Numbered from the stretch's first letter, positions 28,097 to 38,691 are shown. The stretch is DNA of 64,000 nt from Candidatus Dormiibacterota bacterium (GCA_963823765.1 CAWGML010000001.1:131642-195641), one strand, 5' to 3'. The notes: generated by a model from the sequence alone, not told the origin. Translations and numbers: made by a program.

Positions 28097-29174
28097 GTGA
28101 TTCGTGCCCGCCTCAATGGCCACCTGCTGGACGCCGTTCATGGGGTCGCCGACCTCGAGGCTGTCCACCCCACGCCCGGCGAGGTGCTCTGGGTCCACTG
28201 CGAGATGCCCGACGATGCCGAGATCGACGCTATCGCGGCCCAGTTCCACGTGCATCCCCTGGCGGTGGAGGACCTGCGCAACAGCAACCAGCGACCCAAG
28301 CTCGACGACTACGGCGACCAGCTCTTCGTCGTCCTCTTCGGTGCCATCCGTGTCGAGGATGGCAGCATCGGGCTCGCGGAGGTGCACTTCCTGATCGGGG
28401 ACAACTACCTCGTCACCGTGACCACCGAACGCATGCCGGCCATCGTGGCGCTCGAGAAGCAGCTGGAGCTGAGACCCGAGCTGTGCGCGGCTCCGCCGGA
28501 CATGGTGTTCTACCGCATCTGCGACAGCCTGGTGGACTCGGTCTTCCCGCTGCTCGACCACATCGGAGCCAAGATCGACAACGTCGAAGACGCGGTGCTC
28601 GAGAATCCCGACCGCGACACACTGCGGACCATCTTCGGCCTGAAGCGTGACCTGTTGACGATGCGGCGGGTCACCGGGCCGCAGCGTGACCTGCTGCAGT
28701 CGCTCACCTCGCCGCGCACGCCGCGCATCGGCAACGAGACGCAGTTGTTCCTCCGCGACGTCTACGACCACACCGTGCGCATCGCCGAAGAGGTCGAACT
28801 CATTCCGCGACCTGGTGAGCAGCTCGCTCGACGCCTACCTCACCTCGATCTCGAACCGGCTCGGTGAGCAGACTTGCCGGTTGACGGTGGTCGCCACCAT
28901 CTTCCTCCCGCTCACCTTCCTGACCGGGTTCTTCGGGATGAACTTCGCGTTCCTGGTGGGGCACATCGCCACACCTCTGGCGTTCTTCACCGGACTCGGC
29001 GTGATGGCGATCTCGGTTCCGTCGTTGGTGCTGGTGGTGACGCGGTTGAACCGGCGCGCCGCGCCGCTGCCCACCGAGCGTCGCACCCGGCGCGTCAGCA
29101 TGATGTCGAGCCGTGCCCGCGCGGCAGCGGCCACAGCGTCGCAGGGGGCGGGCTCGAACCTCAGCGACGCCTGA
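28097..29174 (+). CDS. corA: magnesium/cobalt transporter CorA; frame broken at 28796-28801
   Basis: GTG start. The N-terminal cytoplasmic domain is in ORF 28097..28867. The C-terminal part is in ORF 28686..29174, with YLTSISNRLGEQTCRLTVVATIFLPLTFLTGFFGMNF (GMN motif) and two TM helices. Confidence 0.85.
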
Positions 29175-29187
29175 GATCTCGGCCCGG

Positions 29188-29461
29188 CTACGCCTCCTCG
29201 AGCCTGAAGTTGCGCATCGCGGCGACCCAGGCGTCGAAATCGTCACCCTTCACCGCCGCGTGCAGAGCCGGCGTTGCCGCCTGCGCTGCTTCCGGCGATT
29301 CCCACACCGCCAGCCCGACGAGGTCGCCCGACGCGCTGTCGCGCAACGTGGTGACGAATCTGAGACCCGCGTGGGATCGCGCCGCCTCGCCGTAGCGGCG
29401 CATGGAACTCGACGACCTCCGCATCGTGCCCCGGGTTGGGGGTCATGATCGAGAGGCTCAC
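29188..29461 (-). CDS. antibiotic-biosynthesis-monooxygenase (ABM)-like small protein; frame broken at 29404-29410
   Basis: VHVSLSIMTPNPGHDAEVVE in ORF 29243..29548 joins MRRYGEAARSHAGLRFVTTLRDSASGDLVGLAVWESPEAA in ORF 29188..29424. The GTG start overlaps the upstream stop (GTGA). Confidence 0.55.
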
Positions 29462-29910
29462 GTGCACGGCGTCTCCCTCCGGTCTTTGACGGACTCTGTG
29501 AACCAGCCGAGCAGCTCGGCCCAACCGGCGCGGTAGCCGACGTCGCATCCGACGCCGCTGCTGATCGCATCGAACCCAGAATGGCGCAGGCGCACGCGCG
29601 TCCCATCGCCACTCTCGACAAAGGTCACCTCGACCTCGGTGACCTCGTGCGGCAGCCAGTTGCTCTGGCGCCAGCTGAAGGCGAGCCGGGTCGGCGGCGA
29701 CCAGGCGGTGACCCGGCCGCGCTCCTGCTCGCCGCCGGCGAGCTCTTCAACGAACCGACCACCGACCCACGGCTCAAAGCGGCGACCGACGACCTCGCTG
29801 CCGCCATACCGCTCTCCGCGATGCCACCACATCTCGACGTCACGAGTGAACAGCTCGAAGGCGCGCGCTCGGTCGAGCGGGACATAGACCTCAGCGGACA
29901 CCTCGTTCAT
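29458..29910 (-). CDS. SRPBCC family protein (AHSA1/activator of Hsp90 ATPase homologue-like)
   Basis: 150 aa reading VYVPLDRARAFELFTRDVEMWWHR...RVTAWSPPTRLAFSW...EVEVTFVESGDGTRVRLRHSGF. The ATG overlaps the ArsR stop (ATGA). Confidence 0.8.
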   Translation of the reverse strand: MNEVSAEVYVPLDRARAFELFTRDVEMWWHRGERYGGSEVVGRRFEPWVGGRFVEELAGGEQERGRVTAWSPPTRLAFSWRQSNWLPHEVTEVEVTFVESGDGTRVRLRHSGFDAISSGVGCDVGYRAGWAELLGWFTESVKDRRETPCT

Positions 29911-30209
29911 GACTGCTGGCGCGCGTACTCGGCGAATGCGTCGAGCTGTCCCTGCCAGAACCTGCCCAGCCAGCGCTGCAGCTCCCGCAGAGGAGCGGGT
30001 CGGACGCTGTAGAGGCGAACCCGGCCGTCTCCCGCCACTGCGTGGCTCTCGACGAGCCCGGCCTCCCTGAGGACGCGGAGATGCTTCGAGATTCCCGGCT
30101 GGCTCAGCTTGAAGGAATCCACCAGCTCGTGCGCCGGCTTGGGCCCGTCGGCGAGGGCGTCGAGGAGACCCCGCCGGGTCGGGTCGCCCAGCACCGCGTA
30201 GATGTCCAT
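29907..30209 (-). CDS. ArsR/SmtB family transcriptional regulator
   Basis: Sequence MDIYAVLGDPTRRGLLDALADGPKPAHELVDSFKLSQPGISKHLRVLREAGLV. An alternative GTG start exists at 30227. Confidence 0.9.
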   Translation of the reverse strand: MDIYAVLGDPTRRGLLDALADGPKPAHELVDSFKLSQPGISKHLRVLREAGLVESHAVAGDGRVRLYSVRPAPLRELQRWLGRFWQGQLDAFAEYARQQS

Positions 30210-30262
30210 AGCTGTGTGGTTATACACCTACCCGCGCTCGGCGTGCGCGGTAGGCTCGGGGC

Positions 30263-31474
30263 ATGACGGCCGGCGGCACGTCTTCGGCGCGTGGACTGCT
30301 CGCATATGGAGCCGCCGTGGTGGCCCCGGTGGTTGCCACCCTCGGTCTCCTCCCGCTCAGCGGCGCCGTCACCCGCGACTACATCTTCATCTACCTCGCC
30401 GTCGTGGCCATCCTCGCGGTGGTCAGCGGCCTCGCCCCCGCGCTGCTCGCGGCCGCGGTCAGCTTCGTGCTCGTCGACTGGTTCTTCGTCCCGCCCTTCC
30501 ACACCCTCTCCATCGCGGACCAGACGGATGTCGTCAACCTGCTCGTGTTCGTCGGCACCGCCGGGCTCGTCGGCGGCCTCGGGTCGCGACGCCGCCGCAC
30601 CCAGATCAGGGCTGAGGCCCTGACGGTGCAGCTGCGGCGCGCCAACCTCGACCTCGAGCGCCTCAACCGTGAGCAGGCGGAGGTTGCCGCCATTGCCCTG
30701 CGGCTGGCGCGCACCGAGCAGCAGGTGCATGCATTGGAGGAGACCGATCGGATCCGCGCCGAGCTGCTCGCCAACGTCTCGCACGAGCTGCGAACCCCGC
30801 TCGCCACCATTCTCACCGGCACAACGGGGTTGCTCGACGAACCGTTGCTCCCGCAGGCCCGCCGGGGCGAGGTGCAGAGCATCGTTGGGGAGACGGAGCG
30901 CCTGGCGCGGCTGGTCTCAGACATGCTCGACGTGGCTCGCATCGAGGGAGACGCCCTGCGCCTCCATCTTGGTGAGGTCGACCTCAGCGAGGCGGTCGAG
31001 GCAGCTGTCGCGCGTCTGCACCGTGCCTCCCCAACACGCGAGGTGATCGCCGAGGTGGATGGTGGAGTCGAGGTCGTCGCCGACTGGGCCCGCCTCGGCC
31101 AGGTGCTCGACAATCTCCTCAGCAACGCGGATCGCCACGCTCCACCGGACACGCCCATCCACATCAACGCTGCCCCGGGGAAGCGCTCGATGGTGGTGGT
31201 GCGGGTCATCGACCAGGGACCCGGCGTGCCGCCGGACCAGCGTGAGCGGATCTTCGAGCGCTTCGTGCGATCCGACGTCGCCGCTGAGACCGGCGCGGGC
31301 ACCAGCACCGGTCTCGGCCTGGCGATCGTCCGCGGCATCGTCGAGGCGCACGCCGGGCGGGTCTGGGTGGAGGAGCCCCGCGACGGCGGTCGCAGCCGGT
31401 TCGCCTTCGCGCTTCCCGCCGTCGATCAGTCAGCCGTCGCTGGCGAGGATGTGGACGTCCACGTCGACCAGTAG
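30263..31474 (+). CDS. kdpD: sensor histidine kinase corresponding to the C-terminal half of KdpD (DUF4118-type membrane domain, HisKA, HATPase_c)
   Basis: 403 aa. The membrane region reads YIFIYLAVVAILAVVSGLAPALLAAAVSFVLVDWFFVPPFHTL. The H-box is LLANVSHELRTPLATI. The N and G boxes are LSNADRHAP and GLGLAIVRGIVEAHAGRVWV. Confidence 0.9.
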   Translation: MTAGGTSSARGLLAYGAAVVAPVVATLGLLPLSGAVTRDYIFIYLAVVAILAVVSGLAPALLAAAVSFVLVDWFFVPPFHTLSIADQTDVVNLLVFVGTAGLVGGLGSRRRRTQIRAEALTVQLRRANLDLERLNREQAEVAAIALRLARTEQQVHALEETDRIRAELLANVSHELRTPLATILTGTTGLLDEPLLPQARRGEVQSIVGETERLARLVSDMLDVARIEGDALRLHLGEVDLSEAVEAAVARLHRASPTREVIAEVDGGVEVVADWARLGQVLDNLLSNADRHAPPDTPIHINAAPGKRSMVVVRVIDQGPGVPPDQRERIFERFVRSDVAAETGAGTSTGLGLAIVRGIVEAHAGRVWVEEPRDGGRSRFAFALPAVDQSAVAGEDVDVHVDQ

Positions 31475-33622
31475 CCGGACCAGCCGTCGCAGGGTGCGCG
31501 ACTGGCGGCGACCGGGTGTGCGCATCAACACGATCTCGGTGATCCGATGGTCGCGCGCGTACCGGGCGATGGTCGCGGCGACGTCCTTGCCGTCGACGGT
31601 CACGAACTCGCCACCCAGTTGGTGCGTCAGCGCCGCGTAGCCACCGAGCAATCGCTTCTCGGGGTCGGTGCGGTGGTCGCGACGCACCGAGATCGCGGTC
31701 AGCGCGTCGTCGCGACGGGCCGCGAAACGAGCCGCGGACGTGATCAGCTGCTCCTGGCCGGGGAGAGGCGGGATGCAGACCAGGACGCGTGGCCGCGCCT
31801 CCCATGGTGCTGCGATGCCATTGGAAGCCATGTACGTGAGCAGGCGGCGGTCCGTGTGCTGCGCCACGCGGCGGAAGGTGAGCTCGCGGAGCATGCCAAG
31901 CACCGTGGGGCGGAACGGTCCCTGCAACGCGTGCGCGGCCTCCCGCGGACTCATGATCAGACCGTCGCGCAGGCGCTCCTCCAGCTCCGACGGCACGATG
32001 TCGACAAGCTCCACCTCATCCGCCGCGTCGACGGCGGAGTCATCCACGACAGGCCGGCCCGGATCGCGGTCGAGCAGCTCGGCCATCCCCGCCACCGTGC
32101 TGCGCAGGTCTGCGACCTGGACCGTGCCGATCACGGTGATGCCCGCGGCACGAAGCTGGGGCACGACGTCGGCGACGACCTCCCCGTTGGTGGCGCGCGC
32201 CGCGAGGTCGTCGACGGCGGCCACGTCGGGGTTGCGCGCCAGGAGAGCAGCGACGTCGAGCGCACCGTGGGCTGCCGAGGAGCGGCCACCGACGAGTGGC
32301 AACCGGGCAAGCCCGTCCTGCCTGTCCGGCGGGAGGGCGGCCACGACGACGTCCGTCCCCCGCGCGGCACGACGCCGGGCCTCGTCGAGCATCGCGGTGG
32401 TCGTCCCCACCCCGGGCGCATAACCCAGGTAGATGCGTAGACCACCGATGCCGTGTGTGTCGCCGTTGAGGCGGCTGAGCAGGTTGTCTGGATCGGGCCG
32501 GTCGGTGTCCGCCCCCGGGGTGATTCCGTGGCGGGCGATCACGTGCACGTCGACGTCGGGCAGGCCCTCGACGACCCGGTCGACGATGTTGGGGCGCAGT
32601 GAGCGCAGCAAGCCGGCCGTCCTCGGTTCGCCGATGACCAGGTGACGCGCGCTGCGCTCACGCGCGGCGGCGATCACCGTGTCGGCGATGTCGACACCAT
32701 CGCGCTCGACGATCACGCACTGCAGCTCAGCCGCCAGTCGACGGTACACGAAGTCATCCGCGTCCGGCGAGGTGGCGTGCTCGTGGACGTGGACGATCGT
32801 GCACATGCCGTGACGGCGTCGCGCCAGCCGAACGGCGCGGCGGATCAGCTGCTCGGCGGTGGCCCGCCCGGACACGGCCACGACCACGTCCTCCGGGGGC
32901 GCCTGGACACCACCGCGCTCGGTGCCGACGCGCTCAGCCACGAACCTCAGGCCGATCTCGCGCAGCGCCGCGAGGTTGCCCGGCCGGAAGAAGTTCTCCA
33001 AGGCGGTGTCGATGCGGTCGGCCGTGTAGACGTTGCCGTGCTTCATCCGCTTGCGCAGTGCCTCGGGGGTGATGTCGATGAACTGCACCTCGTCGGCGGC
33101 ATCGACCACCGTGTCCGGCACGGTCTCGTGGATCCGCACCCCGGTGATCTGCTCGACCAGGTCCTTGACCAACTCGAGGTGCTGGATGTTCATGGTGCTG
33201 ACCACGTCGATGCCCGCAGCGCGGATCTCCTCGATGTCCTTCCACCGCTTGCTGTTGCGCAGGCCCGGGGCGTTGGTGTGGGCCAGCTCGTCGACGAGCG
33301 CGACGTGGGGGTGTCGGGCGATGACCGCCTCGACGTCCATGTCGGACAGCGGCGCCCCCTTGTACGTCACGGTGATGCGGGGAACGACCTCGAGCGTCCC
33401 GATCGCCTCAGCGGTGCGTGGCCTGCCGTGGGTCTCGACGAGGCCGACGACCACGTCTTCGCCATCCTCACGACGGTCACGACCCTCGCGCAGCATGGCG
33501 AAGGTCTTGCCGGACCCGGGCGTGGCGCCGAGGTACACCTTGAGGAGACCACGCCGCCGCGGTCGGTCCTTCACCACGGTGGTCTCGGCGGACGAGGCCC
33601 GCTCAGGAAGCGGCACCGGCAT
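31430..33622 (-). CDS. tandem-duplicated KdpD N-terminal sensor domain plus Usp protein (no TM region, no kinase)
   Basis: 730 aa. Copy 1 reads LKVYLGATPGSGKTFAML...VDELAHTN...TMNIQHLE...ITPEALRKRMKHGNVY plus a Usp-like region. Copy 2 reads LRIYLGYAPGVGTTTAML...VDDLAARATNG...IVPSELEERLRDGLI plus a Usp-like region. Confidence 0.85.
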   Translation of the reverse strand: MPVPLPERASSAETTVVKDRPRRRGLLKVYLGATPGSGKTFAMLREGRDRREDGEDVVVGLVETHGRPRTAEAIGTLEVVPRITVTYKGAPLSDMDVEAVIARHPHVALVDELAHTNAPGLRNSKRWKDIEEIRAAGIDVVSTMNIQHLELVKDLVEQITGVRIHETVPDTVVDAADEVQFIDITPEALRKRMKHGNVYTADRIDTALENFFRPGNLAALREIGLRFVAERVGTERGGVQAPPEDVVVAVSGRATAEQLIRRAVRLARRRHGMCTIVHVHEHATSPDADDFVYRRLAAELQCVIVERDGVDIADTVIAAARERSARHLVIGEPRTAGLLRSLRPNIVDRVVEGLPDVDVHVIARHGITPGADTDRPDPDNLLSRLNGDTHGIGGLRIYLGYAPGVGTTTAMLDEARRRAARGTDVVVAALPPDRQDGLARLPLVGGRSSAAHGALDVAALLARNPDVAAVDDLAARATNGEVVADVVPQLRAAGITVIGTVQVADLRSTVAGMAELLDRDPGRPVVDDSAVDAADEVELVDIVPSELEERLRDGLIMSPREAAHALQGPFRPTVLGMLRELTFRRVAQHTDRRLLTYMASNGIAAPWEARPRVLVCIPPLPGQEQLITSAARFAARRDDALTAISVRRDHRTDPEKRLLGGYAALTHQLGGEFVTVDGKDVAATIARYARDHRITEIVLMRTPGRRQSRTLRRLVRLLVDVDVHILASDG

Positions 33623-34337
33623 CCAGCGCCATGTTGAGCGTCAGGACGGTGACGTGCGGCGAGCCGAAGATGCCCAGTGAGCGGCCGCCGACGTGGGCCT
33701 CGACCAGCGCGGTCAGCTTGGCCGCGTCGAGGTGACGAGCCGCCGCGACCATGTCGACCTGGGCCAGTGCGGCTGCCTCGCTGATGTCCGGGTCGAAGCC
33801 GGTGAAGTCGCCGGTGACCAGGTCGACCGGCATGGGCGCGTCCGAGCCGTCCGCGTTCCTGGCGACGCCGAGGCTGTGCAGGTACGCGGTGTACTCCTTC
33901 ACGTGCGTGATCAGGACCGCGTTGCCCGGCCCCAGGTTGCTGCCCAGCGAGCTGGCCGCGTTGCACGCCGGCTGCAGCAGGCTGGTCGTCGTCGTCCCGT
34001 TGGGGTTGGCCGTCGAGGTGAAGGCCCACAGAGGGCGGCTCTGGAAGTAGCGCGGATCGACCACGAAGTACATGTCGTTGCCGGCCCTGTCTTTGACCGT
34101 CTGGTAAATGACGGTACCGCTTCGGTCCTTGGTGGACTTGTAGAAGCACTGGCCGATGAGGCTGGAGCCGACGATGTTGCCCTTCGAGTCCTTGACCAGG
34201 CTCCCGTTGGCCTGGCTGTTGAACGCGACTTGGGAGACGCCGGTCATGACCAGCGGGTAGGCGATGCCACACACGATCGTGATCACCAAGGTGATCTTGG
34301 TGCCCACCCAGAGCTCATGGAGGATCTTGCGCAACAT
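33603..34337 (-). CDS. kdpC: potassium-transporting ATPase subunit KdpC
   Basis: 244 aa. The N-terminal TM reads LWVGTKITLVITIVCGIAYPLVMTGVSQVAF. KdpC motifs: GSSLIGQ, SNLGPGN, VPVDLVTGDFTGFDPDIS. An AGGAG Shine-Dalgarno lies upstream. Confidence 0.9.
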   Translation of the reverse strand: MLRKILHELWVGTKITLVITIVCGIAYPLVMTGVSQVAFNSQANGSLVKDSKGNIVGSSLIGQCFYKSTKDRSGTVIYQTVKDRAGNDMYFVVDPRYFQSRPLWAFTSTANPNGTTTTSLLQPACNAASSLGSNLGPGNAVLITHVKEYTAYLHSLGVARNADGSDAPMPVDLVTGDFTGFDPDISEAAALAQVDMVAAARHLDAAKLTALVEAHVGGRSLGIFGSPHVTVLTLNMALDAGAAS

Positions 34338-34347
34338 GTGAGGGCTC

Positions 34348-36430
34348 CTACGCCAGGTGAATTGCTGTGATCACGATGTCGATCACCTTGATCCCGATGA
34401 ACGGCGCGATGATCCCGCCGAGGCCGTAGATGAGAAGGTTGCGACGCAGCAGGGCTGCGGCTCCGACCGCCCGGTATGCGACGCCGCGCAGGGCCAGCGG
34501 GATCAGGGCGACGATGATGAGGGCGTTGAAGATCACCGCGGACAGGATGGCGCTGTGCGGGGAGCGCAGGCGCATGATGTTCAGCGCGCCGAGGTCCGCC
34601 AGCGCCGGCGTGGCGATGAACAGCGCGGGGATGATGGCGAAGTACTTGGCGACGTCGTTGGCGATGGAGAACGTCGTCAGCGCGCCGCGTGTCATGAGCA
34701 GTTGCTTGCCGGTCTCGACGATCTCGATGAGCTTGGTCGGGTTGGAGTCGAGGTCGACGAGGTTGCCCGCCTCCTTCGCCGCCTGCGTCCCGCTCTGCAT
34801 CGCCACGCCGACGTCTGCCTGGGCCAGCGCCGGCGCATCATTGGTGCCGTCGCCGGTCATGGCGACGAGCTTGCCCTCGGACTGCTCGCGCCTGATCAGC
34901 GTGAGCTTGTCCTCCGGGGTCGCCTCCGCGAGGAAGTCGTCGACACCGGCTTCGTTGGCGATGGCCGCCGCGGTGAGCGGGTTGTCCCCGGTGATCATCA
35001 CCGTGCGCAGGCCCATCCGCCGCATCTCTTCGAAACGGTCCCTGATCCCCGGCTTGACGATGTCCTTGAGGTGGATGGTGCCCAGCACCTTGCGGTTCTC
35101 GGCGACGACCAGCGGTGTCCCGCCCCCGCGCGCGATCTTCTCGACATCGACCGCGACGGATTCGGGGAGGCTCGCGGAGCCGCCGTCAGAGCACCAGCGC
35201 GCCACCGAGTCCGCCGCGCCCTTGCGGATCGCGGTTCCCGGCCGGTCCACGCCACTCATGCGCGTGGTCGCCGAGAAGGGCACGAAATCCCAGCCGTCCT
35301 CTGATTCCGCCGACGCACCCAGGCGCCTGGCGAGCGCGACGATGCTGCGCCCCTCAGGTGTCTCGTCGGCGAGAGAGGCGAGGCTGGCAGCCTGCACCAG
35401 CCGCTGCATCGGCACGCCGCCCGCGGGAAGGAACTCCGACGCCTGCCTGTTGCCCAGAGTGATGGTGCCGGTCTTGTCGAGGAGCAACGTGTCCACGTCA
35501 CCGGCGGCCTCGACGGCACGGCCGGACATCGCCAGCACGTTCTTCTGCATCAGGCGATCGATGCCGGCGATGCCGATCGCCGACAGGAGGGCGCCGATGG
35601 TCGTCGGGATGAGACAGACCAGCAGCGCGATGAGCACCGTGATGCTGATCGACGTGCCCGCGAAGACGGCGAAGGGCTGCAGCGAGACGACGGCGAACAA
35701 GAAGATGATCGTGAGTCCCGCCAGCAGGATGTTCAGGGCGATCTCGTTGGGGGTCTTCTGCCGTGACGCCGACTCCACCAGGCCGATGATCTTGTCGAGG
35801 AAGGTCTCACCGGGGTTCTGGGTGATCTCCACCACGATGCGGTCGGAGAGCACACGTGTCCCCCCCGTGACCGCGCTCCGGTCACCACCCGCCTCGCGGA
35901 TCACCGGCGCCGACTCCCCGGTGATGGCCGAACTCGTCGACGGACGCGATGCCCTCGATGATGGTGCCGTCGCTGGGGATGACGTCGCCCGCCTCGCAGA
36001 CCACGATGTCTCCCTTGCGCAGCTCGGGCGCCGGCACGGCGAACTCGACCCCGTCGACCAGGCGCCGTGCGATGGTGTCAGTGCGTGTCTTGCGCAGCGC
36101 CGCGGCCTGCGCCTTGCCACGTCCCTCCGCCACGGCCTCGGCGAAGTTCGCGAACAGCACGGTGAACCAGAGCCAGAGCGCGATCTGGAAGACGAACCAC
36201 ACGCTCGGGTCGTGGTTGAACAGCCCGGTGATGAACGCATAGGTGGTCATCACGGCGCCGATGCCCACCACGAACATGACCGGGTTGCGCGCCTGCCAGC
36301 GCGGGTTGAGCTTCCTGAACGAATCAGCGAGCGCAGGCACGAGGATGGCTCGGTCCATCAGGCTCTGGATGCGCCGTCCGCCGCGTGGGGGAGCGGCCTG
36401 GGGGGCTTGGCCGGGCGCGATGACAGTCAT
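34348..36430 (-). CDS. kdpB: potassium-transporting ATPase subunit KdpB (P-type ATPase); frame broken at 35930-35935
   Basis: The N-terminus in ORF 35882..36667 ends at ..GIASVDE. The rest is in ORF 34348..36240 from [13 protein letters not shown], with DKTGTIT (phosphorylation site), [10 protein letters not shown] and [16 protein letters not shown]. Confidence 0.9.
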
Positions 36431-36438
36431 TCCTGCTC

Positions 36439-38175
36439 TCAGTGAAGGTGGCCGGCCGCGATCTGGAAATGCTCGAGCAGTGGTCCGAGCGCCAGGGCGG
36501 GGAAGAAGGTGAGCGCCCCGACGACGAGGACCACACCGACGAGCAACGCGGAGAAGAGCGGGGTGCTGGTGGGGAAGGTGCCCGAGCTCGCCGGGATCAC
36601 CTTCTTCTTCACCATCGACCCGGCGAGCGCCAGGATGGGGATGACGAACAGATAGCGTCCCAGCCACATGCCGATCTGCAGCGTGGTGTTGTAGTACACC
36701 GTGTTCCCGGTGAGGCCCGCGAAGGCGCTGCCGTTGTTCCCGGTCACTGAGCTGAAGGCATAGAGGATCTCGCTGAAGCCATGCGGACCCGGGTTCAGCG
36801 GAGCCACCTGGCCGGCCGGCACCAAGACGGAGATCGCCGTCAGGCCGAGGATCGACAGAGGCAGGATCAGGATGGCCAGCGCGGCCAGCTTGACCTCCCG
36901 GGACTCGATCTTCTTGCCCAGGTACTCCGGTGTGCGGCCGACCATCAGCCCGGCGATGAAGACCGCGAGGATGACGAACATCAGCATCCCGTACAGCCCG
37001 GCGCCGATGCCGCCCGGTGTGATCTCGCCGAGCTCGATGGAGAGGAGCGGGACCAAACCACCGATGGGCGTGAGACTGTCGTGCGACGCGTCGACCGACC
37101 CGGTGCTCGTCCCGGTGGTGGAGGCAACGAACTGACCGGTCTGGGGGATGCCGAAACGGACCTCTTTCCCCTCCATGTTCCCGCCCGATTGCGAGGAGGT
37201 CAGGGCCTGCGTCACGCCCGCTCCGACGAGGGCGGGATTGCCGGTCTGCTCAGCGGCGATGGCGATGCCGGTCATGCCCACGAGGATCACGCCCATGGCG
37301 GCGAGCACCGCCAGGCCCTGTTTGATGCTGCCCACCATCTTCCCGAAGGTGAAGGTCAGGGAGACGGTGATGAGCAGCAGGATGAAGATCGTGAAGGCAT
37401 TGGTGAACCCGTTGGGGTTCTCATAGGGATGTGCCGAGTTGGCATTGAAGAATCCACCGCCGTTGTTACCGAGGTCCTTGATGATCTCCTGTGACGCCAC
37501 CGGGCCCTGAGCGATCGTCTGGGTGACGCCGCTCAGCGTGTGCGCCGAGGTGTACGGGGAGAAGTTCTGGATGGCTCCCTGGGAGACGAAGACGACGGTG
37601 CCGATGACCGCCATGGGCAGCAGCACGTAGAGGATCCCGCGGGTGACGTCGACGTAGAAGTTGCCCAGGGTCCTGCCCGAGCGCCGCGCCAGGCCGCGGA
37701 TCAGCGCGATCGCCAGTGCCAACCCGGTGGCCGCGGAAAGGAAGTTGTGCATGACCAGGGCGACCATCTGCGAGAAGTACGTCATGGTGGTCTCGCCGGC
37801 GTAGTTCTGCCAGTTCGTGTTGGTCGCGAAGCTGATCGACGTGTTCATGGCCAGGTCGGGCGCGACGCCCGGCAGTCCCTGCGGGTTGATCACGCTCTGC
37901 AGGGGCAGCCTGTCCTGGAACCGCAGCAGGAGGAAGGTGACCACGATGCTCACCACCGTGACCACGAGCGTCGCCATCAGGTAGCGGACCCACGTCTGCT
38001 CGCCGTCCTCCTTCACCCCGATGAGCCGGTACACACCGCGTTCGACGGGGCGCAGCACCCGGCTGAGGAAGACCCGCTCGCCGCTGAAGACCTTGGCCAT
38101 GTAGCTGCCCAGCGGACGCGCGCACAGCAACACCGCCGCAAAGATGACCAGGACGCCAAGGATCTCCCACGCCAT
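36439..38175 (-). CDS. kdpA: potassium-transporting ATPase subunit KdpA
   Basis: 578 aa, polytopic, with typical KdpA sequence (NTNWQNYAGETTMTYFSQM, GNNGGGFFNANSAHPYENP, TGTSTGSV, GNNGSAFAGL). Confidence 0.95.
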   Translation of the reverse strand: MAWEILGVLVIFAAVLLCARPLGSYMAKVFSGERVFLSRVLRPVERGVYRLIGVKEDGEQTWVRYLMATLVVTVVSIVVTFLLLRFQDRLPLQSVINPQGLPGVAPDLAMNTSISFATNTNWQNYAGETTMTYFSQMVALVMHNFLSAATGLALAIALIRGLARRSGRTLGNFYVDVTRGILYVLLPMAVIGTVVFVSQGAIQNFSPYTSAHTLSGVTQTIAQGPVASQEIIKDLGNNGGGFFNANSAHPYENPNGFTNAFTIFILLLITVSLTFTFGKMVGSIKQGLAVLAAMGVILVGMTGIAIAAEQTGNPALVGAGVTQALTSSQSGGNMEGKEVRFGIPQTGQFVASTTGTSTGSVDASHDSLTPIGGLVPLLSIELGEITPGGIGAGLYGMLMFVILAVFIAGLMVGRTPEYLGKKIESREVKLAALAILILPLSILGLTAISVLVPAGQVAPLNPGPHGFSEILYAFSSVTGNNGSAFAGLTGNTVYYNTTLQIGMWLGRYLFVIPILALAGSMVKKKVIPASSGTFPTSTPLFSALLVGVVLVVGALTFFPALALGPLLEHFQIAAGHLH

Positions 38176-38270
38176 CAGAACTTCTCCGGGAACAGCATCG
38201 CGATGACGAGGTACGCGGTGGCGACGAACGCGATGATGCCGGCGACGACGAAGCCGGTCAGGTCGTTCAC
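38175..38270 (-). CDS. kdpF: potassium-transporting ATPase subunit KdpF (31 aa)
   Basis: GTG-start peptide VNDLTGFVVAGIIAFVATAYLVIAMLFPEKF with the typical YL..A...PE+F ending. Its stop shares one base with the kdpA ATG. Confidence 0.7.
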   Translation of the reverse strand: MNDLTGFVVAGIIAFVATAYLVIAMLFPEKF

Positions 38271-38353
38271 AGCTTGGTCAAGCCGAGCACGTAGGCCACG
38301 CTGGCGGCCGTGAGCCCGGCCAGCACGATGAGCATCAGAAGGTCGACGTTCAT
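38267..38353 (-). CDS. additional small hydrophobic peptide (28 aa) upstream of kdpF
   Basis: MNVDLLMLIVLAGLTAASVAYVLGLTKL. Its ATG overlaps the upstream stop (ATGA) and its stop overlaps the kdpF GTG (GTGA). It is below the ORF-track size cut-off. Confidence 0.4.
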   Translation of the reverse strand: MNVDLLMLIVLAGLTAASVAYVLGLTKL

Positions 38354-38691
38354 GCTGCATCTCCTCTCTCGCGGCCGGCCGAACTCCGCGCCCGCACCAC
38401 GTCGAACCTGGCCGAAACCGTGGACGCCGGGGGGTGGAAGACCAGCACCTGGTCACCGACCTCGACCGCCGCGCCCTGGAGGCGCATGAAGCGGGACCGA
38501 TGGAACAGGCGGCGTCGGCGCACCAGCAGGTCGACGGTGGTGCCGCTGACGATCCTGCCCACCACGACGCCGAGCTTCACGCCGTTGGGGTCGATCACCC
38601 CACGGCCGATCACATGCGCCAGGCACTGCTGGGGAGCGCTGTCCACCCTGTCCTCCATGCCGGCAGGATCGCGCACCAAGCGTGAACGCAT
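38350..38691 (-). CDS. hypothetical protein, PRC-barrel-like
   Basis: 113 aa with strongly G/C-biased third positions. VIGRGVIDPNGVKLGVVVGRIVSGTTVDLLV resembles PRC-barrel sequences. It is translationally coupled to the kdp peptides. Confidence 0.5.
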   Translation of the reverse strand: MRSRLVRDPAGMEDRVDSAPQQCLAHVIGRGVIDPNGVKLGVVVGRIVSGTTVDLLVRRRRLFHRSRFMRLQGAAVEVGDQVLVFHPPASTVSARFDVVRARSSAGRERGDAA

